Shown here: piece by piece, positions 29,966-42,682 of the stretch | Numbering within the stretch: position 1 is the stretch's first letter | How the letters are laid out: each line of letters starts with the position of its first letter | Source of the DNA: the human T2T-CHM13v2.0 reference genome, Homo sapiens | Strand: one strand, 5' to 3' | DNA: 64,000 nucleotides | Assembly (NCBI RefSeq): GCF_009914755.1 | Contig: NC_060942.1 | Translations under genes and position numbers: made by a program | The notes under the pieces: generated by a model | Databases searched by the model: none | What the model was told of the DNA's origin: nothing | What the model saw: only the letters and a program-made list of their open reading frames with translations

Positions 29966-31834
29966 ATAGGACCGCCTCCCATTTGCAGATTAGAAGTCAT
30001 AAACTGTAATAATATTACTTTCAAATTTCATCACGTGTTTGATTCTAAGTGACATGAACTTGAAGTTTATTAAATATGTAAAGTACACAAAGACTTCATA
30101 AAGGCCCTATTTTTAATAAATGCCTCAAGCCACACAACTGTGTGCTTCGTTACATAATTTGTTTTTGTAATAATACGTGGAGAAGAGCCCAAGATGAAAG
30201 GGCTGGCTAGATTATTGTGTGTCAGTTGTGCACACACTCTGTTTCTGTTTTTCATTCTGGGATCAACTGGGGAGATAAATCCATTTGCCATTGATCTTAC
30301 CATCGTGAGGGTGGAGTGGTTATCAGAGGATCCTGGAAAGTTTAAAGCATTATCCAAATGCAAAATAAAAGAGGTGGACAGCTTTTTATTTTTTTTAACA
30401 CTATAAACATGTTTCAGTTTTGCTGTTCAGACTCTTCTCTCTGAAGTCCTTTTCCATAATGTTCGTTTGGGTAACTAGCATTGGAACATTTGGATAACTC
30501 AGTGTTTGAGCTCTCTGGATGAGTTGCATGCATTTGACTGAAATATTTGATCACTGTGTGTGTGTGTGTGTGTGTTGATACCCAAATAAAACAAACTCTT
30601 AAGGTTTTACTGTCAGTGTCCTTATTTCTGTCTCTCACTTTGGGGTGAGAGATTAGGATAAGTGATATCTGCAGAGGTTCCTGTCTTGAGGCAGGGCCTT
30701 CCTTCTCATTTGAAAGCATCTTAAGGATTTGTTGCTGAATGCCTATCTTCCTGTGGTTCACAAAGACGCATTCAGATGACATTCTAAACTTGCTGCTTTC
30801 ACGGCAGCCTTTTCAGTGAGTGGCCAGCATCACTTTTCAGTGTGGGGGGATGGACAGTAGGTGGACACTGTCTATGTATGAGCCCTGTAGTAAGTTGCCA
30901 ACTGAATGGTTTGAGATGTCCAGAATGTTCCCTTCAACCTCAAAGGAACAACAATCATTTACGCAACCCCTACTGTGTCTTCACCAAGCTCTCAAAACAC
31001 CTTAAATATGAAATCTCTACCACCATCATAAAATCAGATTCTCGAAGGTGAAAGAGAATTATCCTGAGTTTCCTCACAGACATTTAGCCAATCTCCTTGG
31101 TGCTTTGTGGGTGGCCTTTCTATTGTTGAACACTTCTGGGCTGAGATGCTGCTTCCCTTGTTGGGTCAAAGTAATCCAACAAGTAATTCTTCTTATAGCC
31201 CCCACTTCTTGGTCTTATCTAACCCTCAAACACAGAAGCTGTGCTAGAGAGTTAGTGACACTTTGCTCAGAACCCAAATTAAACCCAGAGCAATTGTATC
31301 CAATAAAAAAAAGAGACTGAATTTGAGGGGAGGTCCTTACACGTACCATTTATCCCCTGTTTGCTCTACTGTCACTTATTAGGTTCACTCTGAAGAATTA
31401 ATGAAGGCTATCTCAGGAAGAAAAGCAAAGTCTTCTCTCATTTAAGACTCACTACTTAGAAATATGCTAATTCTGAGAGACAGAATAATGCACTTCTACT
31501 CCATTGTGATCACTTTTGCACAGTTTGGCTACTTTATTCAAATTCCTGTATTGTACTGTCTGATTTATTCCAGAGAGCAGGACAATCAAGAGACAGGCAG
31601 AAGTAGAAACCTTCTGGAGATTTAGCAGTTATTCACTGTCAGAGACTGGTGGTTCTCAGAGCTGATCATTTCCCTGGACATGATCACGTCTCCCTGTGCT
31701 AAGTTTATTTGCAATCTATTAAAAACTACACAAGGCATGCGGGTCTCGGGAAAAAGTCACTGTTTTGTTTCAAGTGCAGGTAATCAAATTTAAGTGTGTT
31801 TGGGTACCTGTTACTGATGTTCCATAGGGACCAT

Positions 31835-33330
31835 TTGTTCATTCAGTTAACAGTGGATGAGTGTGGATTCTAAGGTAGTCATTGTACTCATCATTAAGAA
31901 TATAAAATCAAATAAGACATGTCATTTGCCTTTAAGAATCAGACAAGCTTGAGTCAGATAGGCAAATAAAATGGTAATTATAAAATAATGTATCAAATTC
32001 AATGAACAGAAAGTATAATCCTCCAAATCCGATTGGGGGCAGGGAGAGAAAGCTCTGGGATGGAGGGAAGGTAGTCTTGGAGCAAGTTTTGAGGAACAAG
32101 AGGAGTCAGCTAGAGGAAGAAGGAGAACAGGCATTCCAGGAAGAAATAATGGCATATGCAGAGGCATGGGTGATGAAATGATAGACTTGACTAGAAGAAA
32201 TGCAAGTAGATCCATTTGAATGAATGATGCCAAAGGTGGTTGGGAGCAGAGGTAAGAACTAGGCAGTGGGAAGAATGCAGCTAAGAACTAACTAGTGCTT
32301 ATTGAATCCTTACTGTGTGCCAGATAGAGTTCTAAGCCCTTTACATGTGTATTTCAAGTAGTTTCCATAAAACCCTAGGCAGTAGCTACTATTGTTATCT
32401 TTACCTTACAGATCAGGGAACTGAGGCATAGACACAGTAGGTCATCTGCCTGTTACAGAGCTAGTAAGAGGTAGAGTTTGGATTGGAACCCATGAAATCT
32501 GGCTCTACAGTTCACTTTGAGTCACTGTTCTTTGGACCCCGTGTCCTAGGAGGTTGAACATTATCCCCAAAAACTCTGATTTATTTTAGACAAAGAAGGA
32601 CATGAGCAGAGTTATGTTCTGGAAAGGTCACATGGAGAACCATGCAGTGAGCAGATCATAGGGGAGAGAGACTGGAGCAAGAGATGCCAGCTAGAGGCCT
32701 TTGACATAACGTAGGTGAGAAGTGAGAAAAACCTGAAACACATGGTGACAGAGACAGCATCAGAAGGGAATTGATATAAAAGGCATTAAGCAGGTAGCAT
32801 CTGCATGACTCAGTGGCTAATGGGATTTAGTTGTTGAATGAGAAGGCGGAATTTAAGATATCTCCTAGGTAAATGGATATCACTATTCATAAAGAAGGGA
32901 GGCCTTGAAAAGAGGATGCTGCAGCAAGTCAATGTGATTCCTGTTGAGTTTAAAGGGGCCTATGGGGACACCCATGTGGTGATACTTGTTAGGCAGCTGA
33001 ATATTTGAGTTCTGCAGATTACTGTGGGCTTTGGAATCTGTTAATAGTTAAAACCATGGGTGTGGCTTAATTTGCCTGGGATAGCTTGTAAAGTCTTAGA
33101 GCTGTGGAGAGATCTTTGGAGATTACAAGCATTTAAAAGATAAGCAGAGGCAGAAAAAAAAAGTGTTTGCAAAGAGTGGTCTGGCTAGAGCAGGAGAAAC
33201 CCCAGGAGGTCCCGGGGAGGCTGTGGTTTATGTCACACAGGCTTTTGCACCGCAGGGTCACTGTGACTTTTGAGAGAGTGTTTTCTGTGGAGCTGTGAGA
33301 TCAGAAGCCAGTGAAGAAGATGCAGAAACT
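31835..33330 (-). mobile_element. Degenerate L2 region with nested MIR (~32290-32525)
   Basis: L2 3'-end antisense signature TTCATTCAG..AAATAAGACATGTC and a purine-rich L2-like body. MIR core TTACAGATCAGGGAACTGAGGCATAGA. Boundaries approximate. Confidence 0.55.
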
Positions 33331-34177
33331 GTCATGTAGACTAATCTTTGCAGAAGCCTGAGTGTGACGTGAGGTCTAGCTATGCATCTGTGTGAGTCAA
33401 CTTCTTGAAAACTCAGCGTGGAACATCTGCAGAAGCCTAGAGTGGTGCGGCTGAGACCTTATCTGCCCTTGTTATATGGGTAGCACTAAATTCCCTTAGA
33501 TACATATTGAATACGACTTGCTTTATTCTGTTTGGTTCTGTGCATTTTACTATGGAGTATGAAGAAAAATTATATAATATAGGTTCTGCCCTCAAACAAG
33601 TTTTATTCTGTCTATTCTACATAAGACAAACATGGAAAACTAAGAGTCAATATGAGCTAAATGGTCAATAATTCAGCTGTCAGATACTGGGGAGGTAAGA
33701 GTTTGCTGGAGTCCTTGGGATGCAATGAGTAAACTCTATCCTGAAGGATGGAACCACGGAGGATTCAGAGAACATGCGATCTGCTATACAGATATGTAGA
33801 TGGGGTGGTATGCAGGAGTCAGGGAAAGAAGGCAGTGAGGAACCTCGCTCTTTTCTTGACCCTGGACTTTTTCCAGCCTCTTTTTTCAGGAACTTTCCTG
33901 TGTTGCTTGGTCTCTCCATCCAAGAGGCTCTCATGTACCATTTTTGCCTACCAAGAAGAAAGCATTTTGACACATGCTCCCTGTTGTGCCTGTCCTCTTT
34001 TTCAGACCCTCAGCAGATCCTTCTTGCTTTCATCATTCCCCACTGGTCTAAGAGAGACATCAAAAGGAGCAGCTAGAAGAGTTACAGTGGGGGTGGGAGA
34101 AAGAGGAAGCTTAAATGGTACCAGGGTTTCTAGATGATAAGATTGTCCTGGGAGCCCTTTATAGACGAGACACAAGA

Positions 34178-34660
34178 TGTTCTAATTATCTACTGCTGTG
34201 TAACAAACTACCCCAAAACTCAGTGGCATTAAAACTAGAGCCATTTTGTCATGTTGTCAGGGTTGTGGATCGGCCTAGTAGTGATAGTTCCTCCATAATC
34301 AGGAACTCAGTTGGAGTGGCTGTGATAGTGTGACATTGCCCCACTTGTGACTGGCTCTGGCTGTGGGCAGAGTCTGTCAGCTCTTCTCCATGTCTTGTCT
34401 GCTGTATGACCCTGGTGACTGGGCTGGGATGGATGCAACAGCTGGGGCTGCCTGGGTTCCACTCTGACCTCTTGACATGGCTGACTTGTACTTTCCAGCC
34501 AGCATGGCAGGTCTCGGGGTAGTTGGACTTCACACATGGTATCATTCAGAGAGAATCAGGTGGGAGCTGCAAGGCCCCTTATGTATGACCCTCAGCATTT
34601 CCAAATATCCCTTCCCCCACATTCTGTTGACTAAGCACAGTCACTAAGGCCAGCCCAGAT
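34178..34660 (-). mobile_element. Old MaLR LTR (MLT1H/I/J-like)
   Basis: CTGCTGTGTAACAAACTACCCCAAAACTCAGTGGC...CACTAAGGCCAGCCCAGAT. Confidence 0.7.
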
Positions 34661-34987
34661 GATCAGGCTTTGCAGAAGCTGTGCTTTTTCCACATGGCCA
34701 CAGGCGGGAGAGGCACCACTCGCTAAACTGACAGAAAACAGGGTCCGCAGAGAGGTTTATGAGACTGTCAGAATCCATGTGGGTTTTTGTCTACTGTCTG
34801 GAAGAGCCCTGAGTTAGGAGCCAAGAGACCTGGGTTGTGATTATGGCTTCATCTCGATCTAACCAAACTTAGAATTGTTTTGATTTGTGAATAAAAATGT
34901 TGGTCATGATAGTTTTATATTTTATTCTACTAGACCCTGGGGCTAATGGAATTATTCTGATTTTAGAAGGGAGGAAAATGGTTCTTT

Positions 34988-35031
34988 ACACACACACACA
35001 CACACACACGCGCACGCACACACACACACAT
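34988..35031. repeat. (CA)n/(CG) microsatellite, Z-DNA prone
   Basis: Alternating purine-pyrimidine run of ~44 bp with a CGCG core. Confidence 0.9.
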
Positions 35032-38000
35032 ATCCTTATATGCTCCATAACCTGAAGTTGAGTGACTGACTGCAATTAAACAGACATTGGTCTAGTTCCT
35101 GTTTCTGCCACCCGACAAACACGTGCTCTCTCAACCTGACTTTCCTCATCTATCAAACGGGCATAATTCTAATTGCCTGGTCCACGTGAAGACAGTATGA
35201 AATACAATATTCTCAATATTCTGTGTCTGTTCAGAGTAGACTCTCCCTAAGAAGCATCATAGTAATTCTGATTGTTTGCCCTGATAAGAATCAGGATTTC
35301 CATAGCATCTGGCTGAACCTGTTTTTCTCTTCCTAATGCCTTGTTTGATCCCATTTTTCTTTATTATGAAATACCCAGTGGCTGGTGTGTGTGAGGTGCA
35401 TGTTCTCAGTTTTTGTGTTGAGGCTGTCTAGTTCTATTTGATGAGCAATGTGTCTGTGTGAGTATGCAAATATGCTGGACTCTTTGCATGAAGGATTTAA
35501 AATAGAAGCTGACCTAAGAAAGTTGATTACCACTCAGATAGACGATCACATACCCTCGTTATGAGTCCTGAATTGGTTGAACTTTGTGACTAAATATGAT
35601 ATTCTTGGAATTTAGCTTACTGCTCCTTGAAGCTGAGCAGGGCTATGCAATTGTATTTTCTTTAACATGCTACGACTTGACTGCAGACGCCCTAAACCCC
35701 TGATGTCTTCTGCATGTACGATCAAAAATTCCTAGCTCCGGGAACTTGCTGTGCTGAGCAGACATCCAGTAAAGGAGGAAACCCAAAGCCTGTGTCCCGA
35801 CGGATATATAAGTGAAGACGTTAGTCAAAACAAGACGTTAGTGCTATTTCTCACCCTTGCAATGGACAGGAGCAGCCATATTGTATGTTGCATTTATTTA
35901 GACCCTTCTGCCGAGAATAAGTGCTCTGTAAACATGCCCTATTTAGCCCTCAATGCATATACTGCTGCCTTTCTGAGGTCTTGAAGTCAATGAAATAAAT
36001 TACTCTAAAAAGAAGTGCTATGCAGCCCCTTAGAACAGTAAACAAGAACAGTTCAGGTCTTTTCAGGAACCTGAAGCCAAGGGATGGTTTGTTTTTTTGG
36101 TCTCCAGGAAGAGCCAGTACAGAAGGAGGTATTGACCTCGCTACTTTGGCTGGCACCCACCAGGTCCCTTCCTGGCGCTCACATTCCCCAAGTGTGTAAC
36201 TCAACACCTGTCCTTCTGCGGCAAACAGAGCTTACAGTGATGGCTGAGCCCCTCCTGCCCTGGCCCTACCGGCAGCTCGCACCTTTCACTTAGGATTTCA
36301 AACTCTCAAAAACCAGAGTCAGAGAATAAATTCTCCCTCAGGATTCTGGTTTGGGCCAGGAAAAAAAAAATAATCAGAAAAACAACTCCCACAAGAAGTC
36401 CTGGGATCAGCACAGCAATCTCTTTCTAGCTCCAGACCTAGATGAGGGAAGGTGTAGGGATCTTAGAGACCTCTAAATCTCACAAGTGGCTCCCTCTGAA
36501 CCAGAGAGGGGCATGTGGTCTGAGTGATGTCCTCTTTTACTGTTTGAATGCCAGCTCATCTGAGCTACACAACACCCCCTGTTATTTCTGTCTGACATGG
36601 CCAAGCTGAATCTCTGGTAAGTAAATAATTAATTTGGAAGTTGGGGATGTCAGTGGAAAAGTCGGCTCTGACGGCTCAAATAACAAGCCCCAAATGTGAT
36701 AGCCACTCTCTGGCCCTTTGAGAGACGACCTGTCGGTTCTATTAGATCTGGACAGTCCTGTCTTCCGGCCTGTCTCTCCACATTAAAGTCAAGGAACTGT
36801 ATCTCTCCATCTTTGGATCACATCTCTGTCCCCAAATGCTTGTGCACACTGTGGAGTCTGGTGTTTTCTTTCCTAACTCCACCAGGCCCATGCAAGTCCA
36901 CATGACTCATGAGAAGAGATGAGTCGCAGCTCCAGTATCCCTGTGGGTTTGGGGAGGGGTCAGGCTGTGAATAAACCACTACGTGGCTGATTTTACATCC
37001 TTCTCTTTCACCACAAAAACCTCAATTTCCCTTTTTGTGGAAAACAAAAACCCTCTTTCAGTGTTCCATCAAGGGGACTGTGGCCTTTGAATTGCACGGT
37101 ATCCCTGAGAAATTTTAAAGATTAATCAGCTTTTTTGGGGAGTGGCTGGGAGAGGCCCTATTCCTGTCCATTAGGGAGTAGCAGGTCTCCCCTTCTGTTC
37201 CTTCTGACCAGGCTGCCATCTTCATGTGTAGATGAGGAAATTGATCAGCCTATGAATGATTTGCAAATCCACAGATGTGTGGCTGAGACCCTGAGGGCAT
37301 TCATCACAGGATCTGCCCGGTCCAAAAGTTCCCTTCTCCCATCACAATTCAGGGCCTTCACAGAGCTGGGGGAGTGAGTAATGATGGGGGCAAAAGTCAG
37401 ACACTGAAGCAAATGAGGACAAGCCCTGAAAATCAGACCCTGTTGAGGCCTGGTCCAGGGGCTTTCTAGTACACTAGTTGAGATCATTTCTAAAAGGAAA
37501 TAACAGAATAAAATCTCAGATAGGCAGTATAAGAATTTGTAAATGGTAAATGTGCTATAAGGGTGAGTAAGATGCATTGCTTATTGCTTGAGAGGATTTC
37601 TTTGCCCTTCAGTGTATCTGGATTTGTCATTCATGAGCTATTAATTAAATTCGTACTCTCTGCTAGTATTCGTTTCTTCCCTGGGCCTTCCTGAAGACTG
37701 CATGTGTGTCCTAGCTGTCTGCTATTCCAGCTCTCCTGTATATTCTGGGAGTGTGTATGAATCAACTTAGGCCCTTGTTAATACCATTGTTCTTGCAAGA
37801 CATAAAAAGAAAGTGAAAAAATTTAGTTTGACATTCTAGGATCTTCCCATTTCACCTGAAATGTTATTTAAAGACTTATCTCTTACCAGTTTCTGACTTC
37901 CGTGAATTCCCTGACCACACTTCCAATTCCCACTTCCATACTTCTGTTTACATTGCTCTGACCTTAAATGTCTCCTCTCTCTCCCTATCTAGTCAATACT

Positions 38001-39406
38001 TACCTCTCCTTGAAGAATCCCCTTCCTTCCTGGTGTCCTCAGCTCATGCCTTCCTTACCTCTAAACTTCTAGAGCACCTCTCCGCAGTAACAGTCATTTC
38101 CTGGCAAAATGTGTCCCTCCATTGTTACGTTTCTTCTTTTGGACTATTTAAAATTCACTTATTTTATTACATTTTATGTTGCTTTCTCTTATTTAGGTTA
38201 GAAATTATCTTGGGGATAAAGGGTTTAATTTATTGGCATTTCCCACAGCATATCACATAGGAAGTACTCAATAAATACAAATTGACTCTATATGATTAAG
38301 TTTTAGACAATATCGAAGTGTGTTATGTTCCATTTCTACTCCTAAGGAGTTTTGCTATCCAGTAAGAAGAGAGTTATTTATAAGTCTACATAGAATTCTA
38401 CTTAGAGATATTCACTAATATAATATTGTAAAGTTGGAAAGCCACACCTCAATGATGTTTCTCAATATTCATTAATCCCAAGAAAGAGTGTTGGTATAGA
38501 TGCAGAGGATTTAGTCCATGTTGCTAAATCCTGTTGAAAATGTGCTTGAAGATTCATCTGTGGTCATGTGTGCTGAAATCAATTGAGGATACAGACCCAG
38601 CTTGGCTCTGCATTAGGAGGCAGGAGACCTGAATTTTAGTTCTTCTTTTTTCAGTTGCTGGCAGTTTAGCCTTGGGTAAGTCACATAATTTCCTGGGCTC
38701 AGCTGTTTCTTCCTTACAACTAAGGTTGCATCAATTGCTTGTAGTTAGAGATCTGAACCAGATGATCTATTAAATTTCCTTTCTATCTCTAGGTTCTTTG
38801 ATTCTATTATTTAATGAGACTAATTCTGCTTGCCATTGCACAATACATTTTAGCAAATAAAAGTTCAACTGAACAGACATGATAGTAACAAACACCCAAA
38901 CATCTGCAAGACTAAACATTAAGAAGAGAGACAGACAATGGCTTAGGCGGGGGTACCTATGATAGGTGCTCCAGGGCACAGGGAGGGTCAGATGCTGGAG
39001 TGGCCCAGTCTTCCTGGGATAAAAATGAAAAGGATCAGGAACACTTTTAGAAAAGATTCTAGATCAAAACTGTAAGGATGCATTCCCCTTCCTGTCTCAC
39101 CTACGCCTACTAGTAGTCCATGACTTAACACAAGTTCTGCCAGGGACAGAATGGTATAAGATATTTCTTACCTGCTGCTCTCGTGTTCAAGGAAACTCAT
39201 CAGAAAGATGCTCCAGGTTGGCTTCTGGTGAGTCCTTTTTCATAAAACATCTGGGCAGTTTCAGCCTGAGGAACATATACTGCTATCTTCAGCTGCTGTG
39301 GTGGGAGGGAAAGATAACATTTTGTGGGGCTTGTTTTAGTCACTATCAGCTGCTGCTGCCTTAGAATCATGAAGAACATTTTTACCTCCAAATGCAGGTC
39401 ACTCTA

Positions 39407-39735
<329 letters not shown>

Positions 39736-40869
39736 GTTTACTTAAGCTCTGTAGGGTATGCAAAAGAACACAAGACAAGTCTTTAAAATTGACACTGTTA
39801 TTGGAGAGATCAGTTTTATAGACATAAGGATGTCATTACCCTAAGTTGGGAAGATACTGTCATCTTGTCTAGAAAACTTACCTTGATAACATCAACCCAC
39901 TGTGATATTTCTCTTTTTTGTGCCACATGGTTGGTAATGTAGATTCTATCCTACTTCACTCTTTCCATTTTTCATGCTCCTTTGAAATCAGCATATATTT
40001 CAATTATATACAATATGATGTTGTGTATATATTTTATCACTTTAATTACTGAAAAAGGATCAAAACAGAAGTTTCTACGTACAGTTCTCTCATAACCCAC
40101 AGTGCACTTAGAATACTTAATGCATTATTTGTTGACTGACTTGCTCATACAGTTTGCATGACTTTGCAGTTCTTTGGAAAAGAGGTATTGCTGGAAAGGG
40201 AGTTTTATCTGGAAGTGTTTCATAAAGCCTACTCTTATCTCCATTGTGCCCCAGGCAAACTTAGCCACTGTGTCCTCTGTGCTCACTCTCTCTCTCTTAC
40301 ACACTTCATTGCCCTCCTTCTTTCAGTCTTTTTTCCTCAGTATATCTCCAGTGTTGAACACAGGGCCTGGTAGACCGTAGACACTTGGTACATCTTTGTA
40401 AAAGAATAAATGATGAATGAATGATATTGAGGTCTAAAAGCTCAGGATGAGAAAGAGAGGCAAATTCAGTTGCAAGTCTGGCAAGTGGCTCAGTTGGAAC
40501 TCCTCAGCAGGCCTGGCTTGCTAGAGGCCTGTGTTGAGTTTGTCTGGGACAGGCCTCCTGTGAAGACTCACATCTATGATCCAGCAGTAACAGCTTTCAC
40601 TGTCAGGCACAAACTTCTTGGCTGACTGAAAGAGCAACGTGTTAGTCTCTAGAAGTGGAGTGGACTGGTGTCTGAGGTGAGTATAGCCCACTTGGATACA
40701 GATGCCCAGTATTTGGTTACCTGCCCTGGGGAGAGGACTGGTTTCTCCCTGGTGTATAGACTCATAGGCTGGCTACAGACATATATACACACACACCCAA
40801 CTACTGATTTGCCTTGGGAGTACACTGTGCTTACTTAATATTGTACAAGCTGGTGACCAGATTACCTTA

Positions 40870-41020
40870 TGAGAAGGCACATGATGTAGAGTGTAAAATC
40901 CACTAGATTTGAATTTAGAAGACACAGATTCTACTTCCAACTCTGGTTTGCCCTGAGTGTGTAACCTTAGAAGGGTCACTTCACTAGGCCTGACTTCTGT
41001 CTGTAGGATGAAGGCATTAG
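40870..41020 (+). mobile_element. MIR fragment
   Basis: GTGTAACCTTAGAAGGGTCACTTCACT...TCTGTAGGATG. Confidence 0.5.
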
Positions 41021-41847
41021 GCTACATAATCTCAGAGTTTAAAGCTAGAAATTTCCAAAGCTGGAATGAGTTGCCTTTGTAGGCAGTGAGTTTCCAATAG
41101 CTGGCTGGAAGTTCCAGAACAGGGATTCTTAGCCTTAGAAGTGTAGTTGTGTTGGGCCTTTCCAACCCGATTGAGTAACTGTCAGCTGATTTGGAATCCC
41201 ATCAGCATGGGCCAAACTGACGTCAGCAGGGAGACAGACACAGCATTACGTTGTTTACTCTGTACAACCTATAAGTGAATTAATGACCTGCCATGTCACT
41301 ATTTTGATAGCAACAACATCACCCCCATTGTCTACCATTTATGAATTATCTTTTTTGGGCTTGTCAATTGATTGGACATCTGCATATCCTAGGGCATGTG
41401 CAGATCCACATGGTCACATGCTCATTCTCTGGGTCTTCCTCCTCTGAGAACCTAGCATGTGGTGTTCTTTGTGACTTGCCCATATAAACTGCTATTAAAG
41501 CCAAAGACTGGGTGCCCTGTGCTGGCTGTGTCCCTCTGTGAGAGACTCAGATGCTGAGGTCTCCAGTGGCACTTAATGCTCCAATTGCCATTGTTTGAAG
41601 AACGACATCTACCCTGTAGTCATATGTGCCTATGTTGACATCTCTTTCCACTTACTCTTTGCAATTCTCTTCTGGTGTCCATGCTGCTGGTGATCTTTAT
41701 TAACAGTAAAATTCTTCAAGAGCTCCATAGCCCTGAAAGAAGAATTATGCCATCACTTCCATTTTACTCAATTTCATTTTTCTGGAAGCATTAGAAGATG
41801 AGTGTTCACATTTTCCATAAATTTATTTGCAGCTTGAAAGAAGGAAA

Positions 41848-42154
41848 GATTGAGCGCTGTGGCTCACACCTGTAATCCCAGCACTTTGGGAGGCCGAGGC
41901 AGGCAGATCACCTGAGGTTAGGAGTTCAAGACCAGCCTGCCCAACATGGTGAAACTCCATCTCTACTAAAAATACAAAAACTAGCTGGGTGTGGTGGCAC
42001 ATGCCTGGAATGCCAGCTCCTCAGGAGGCTGAGCCAGGAGAATCACTTGAACCCAGGAGGCGGAGGTTGCAGTGAGCCAAGATCATGCCACTGCACTCCA
42101 GCCTGGGTGACAGAGCGAGACTCCATCTCAAAAAAAAAAAAAAAAAAGAAAAAA
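41848..42154 (+). mobile_element. Alu (AluSx-like)
   Basis: GATCACCTGAGGTTAGGAGTTCAAGACCAGCC; A-tail 42130-42154. Confidence 0.95.
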
Positions 42155-42199
42155 GGAAGACGGTATACACGAACACACACACATACACACACAGAGTCT

Positions 42200-42682
42200 C
42201 CTTTTATGTGTAACAGTTGCCCACAAACTTAGTGGCTTAAAGCAACAAAAATTTTATTATTTTATATTTCTGGGGGTTAAAGTCAGAAATGGGCCTCACT
42301 GGGCTCAAATCAAGGTGTTGACAGAGCTGTATTCATTTAGAAGACTCTAGGAGAGAATGTTTCCTTTTCTTTTTCAGCTTCTAGAAGCTGCTGTCATTTC
42401 TTAGCTCTGTTCTTCCATCTTAAACCTAGTAACTCAAGTCGAATCATTTTCAACCTGCCATCTCTCTGGTTCTACCTATTCTGTTTGCTCTTCCACTTTT
42501 AAGGACTCTTGTGAAAACATTTGGACCTACCTGCTTGATCTAAGACAGTCTATTTCAGGGTCAGCTGATTAGCAGCCTTAATTCTGTTCCGCTTTAATTG
42601 CCCTTTGCCATCTAATATATTCACAGGTTCCAGGGATTAGGACACAGGACATCTTTGTGGGGCCATTATTCTGCCTATCACA
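42200..42682 (-). mobile_element. MaLR LTR (MLT1C/D-like)
   Basis: CACAAACTTAGTGGCTTAAAGCAAC...TCACAGGTTCCAGGGATTAGGAC...GCCATTATTCTGCCTATCACA. Confidence 0.8.
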
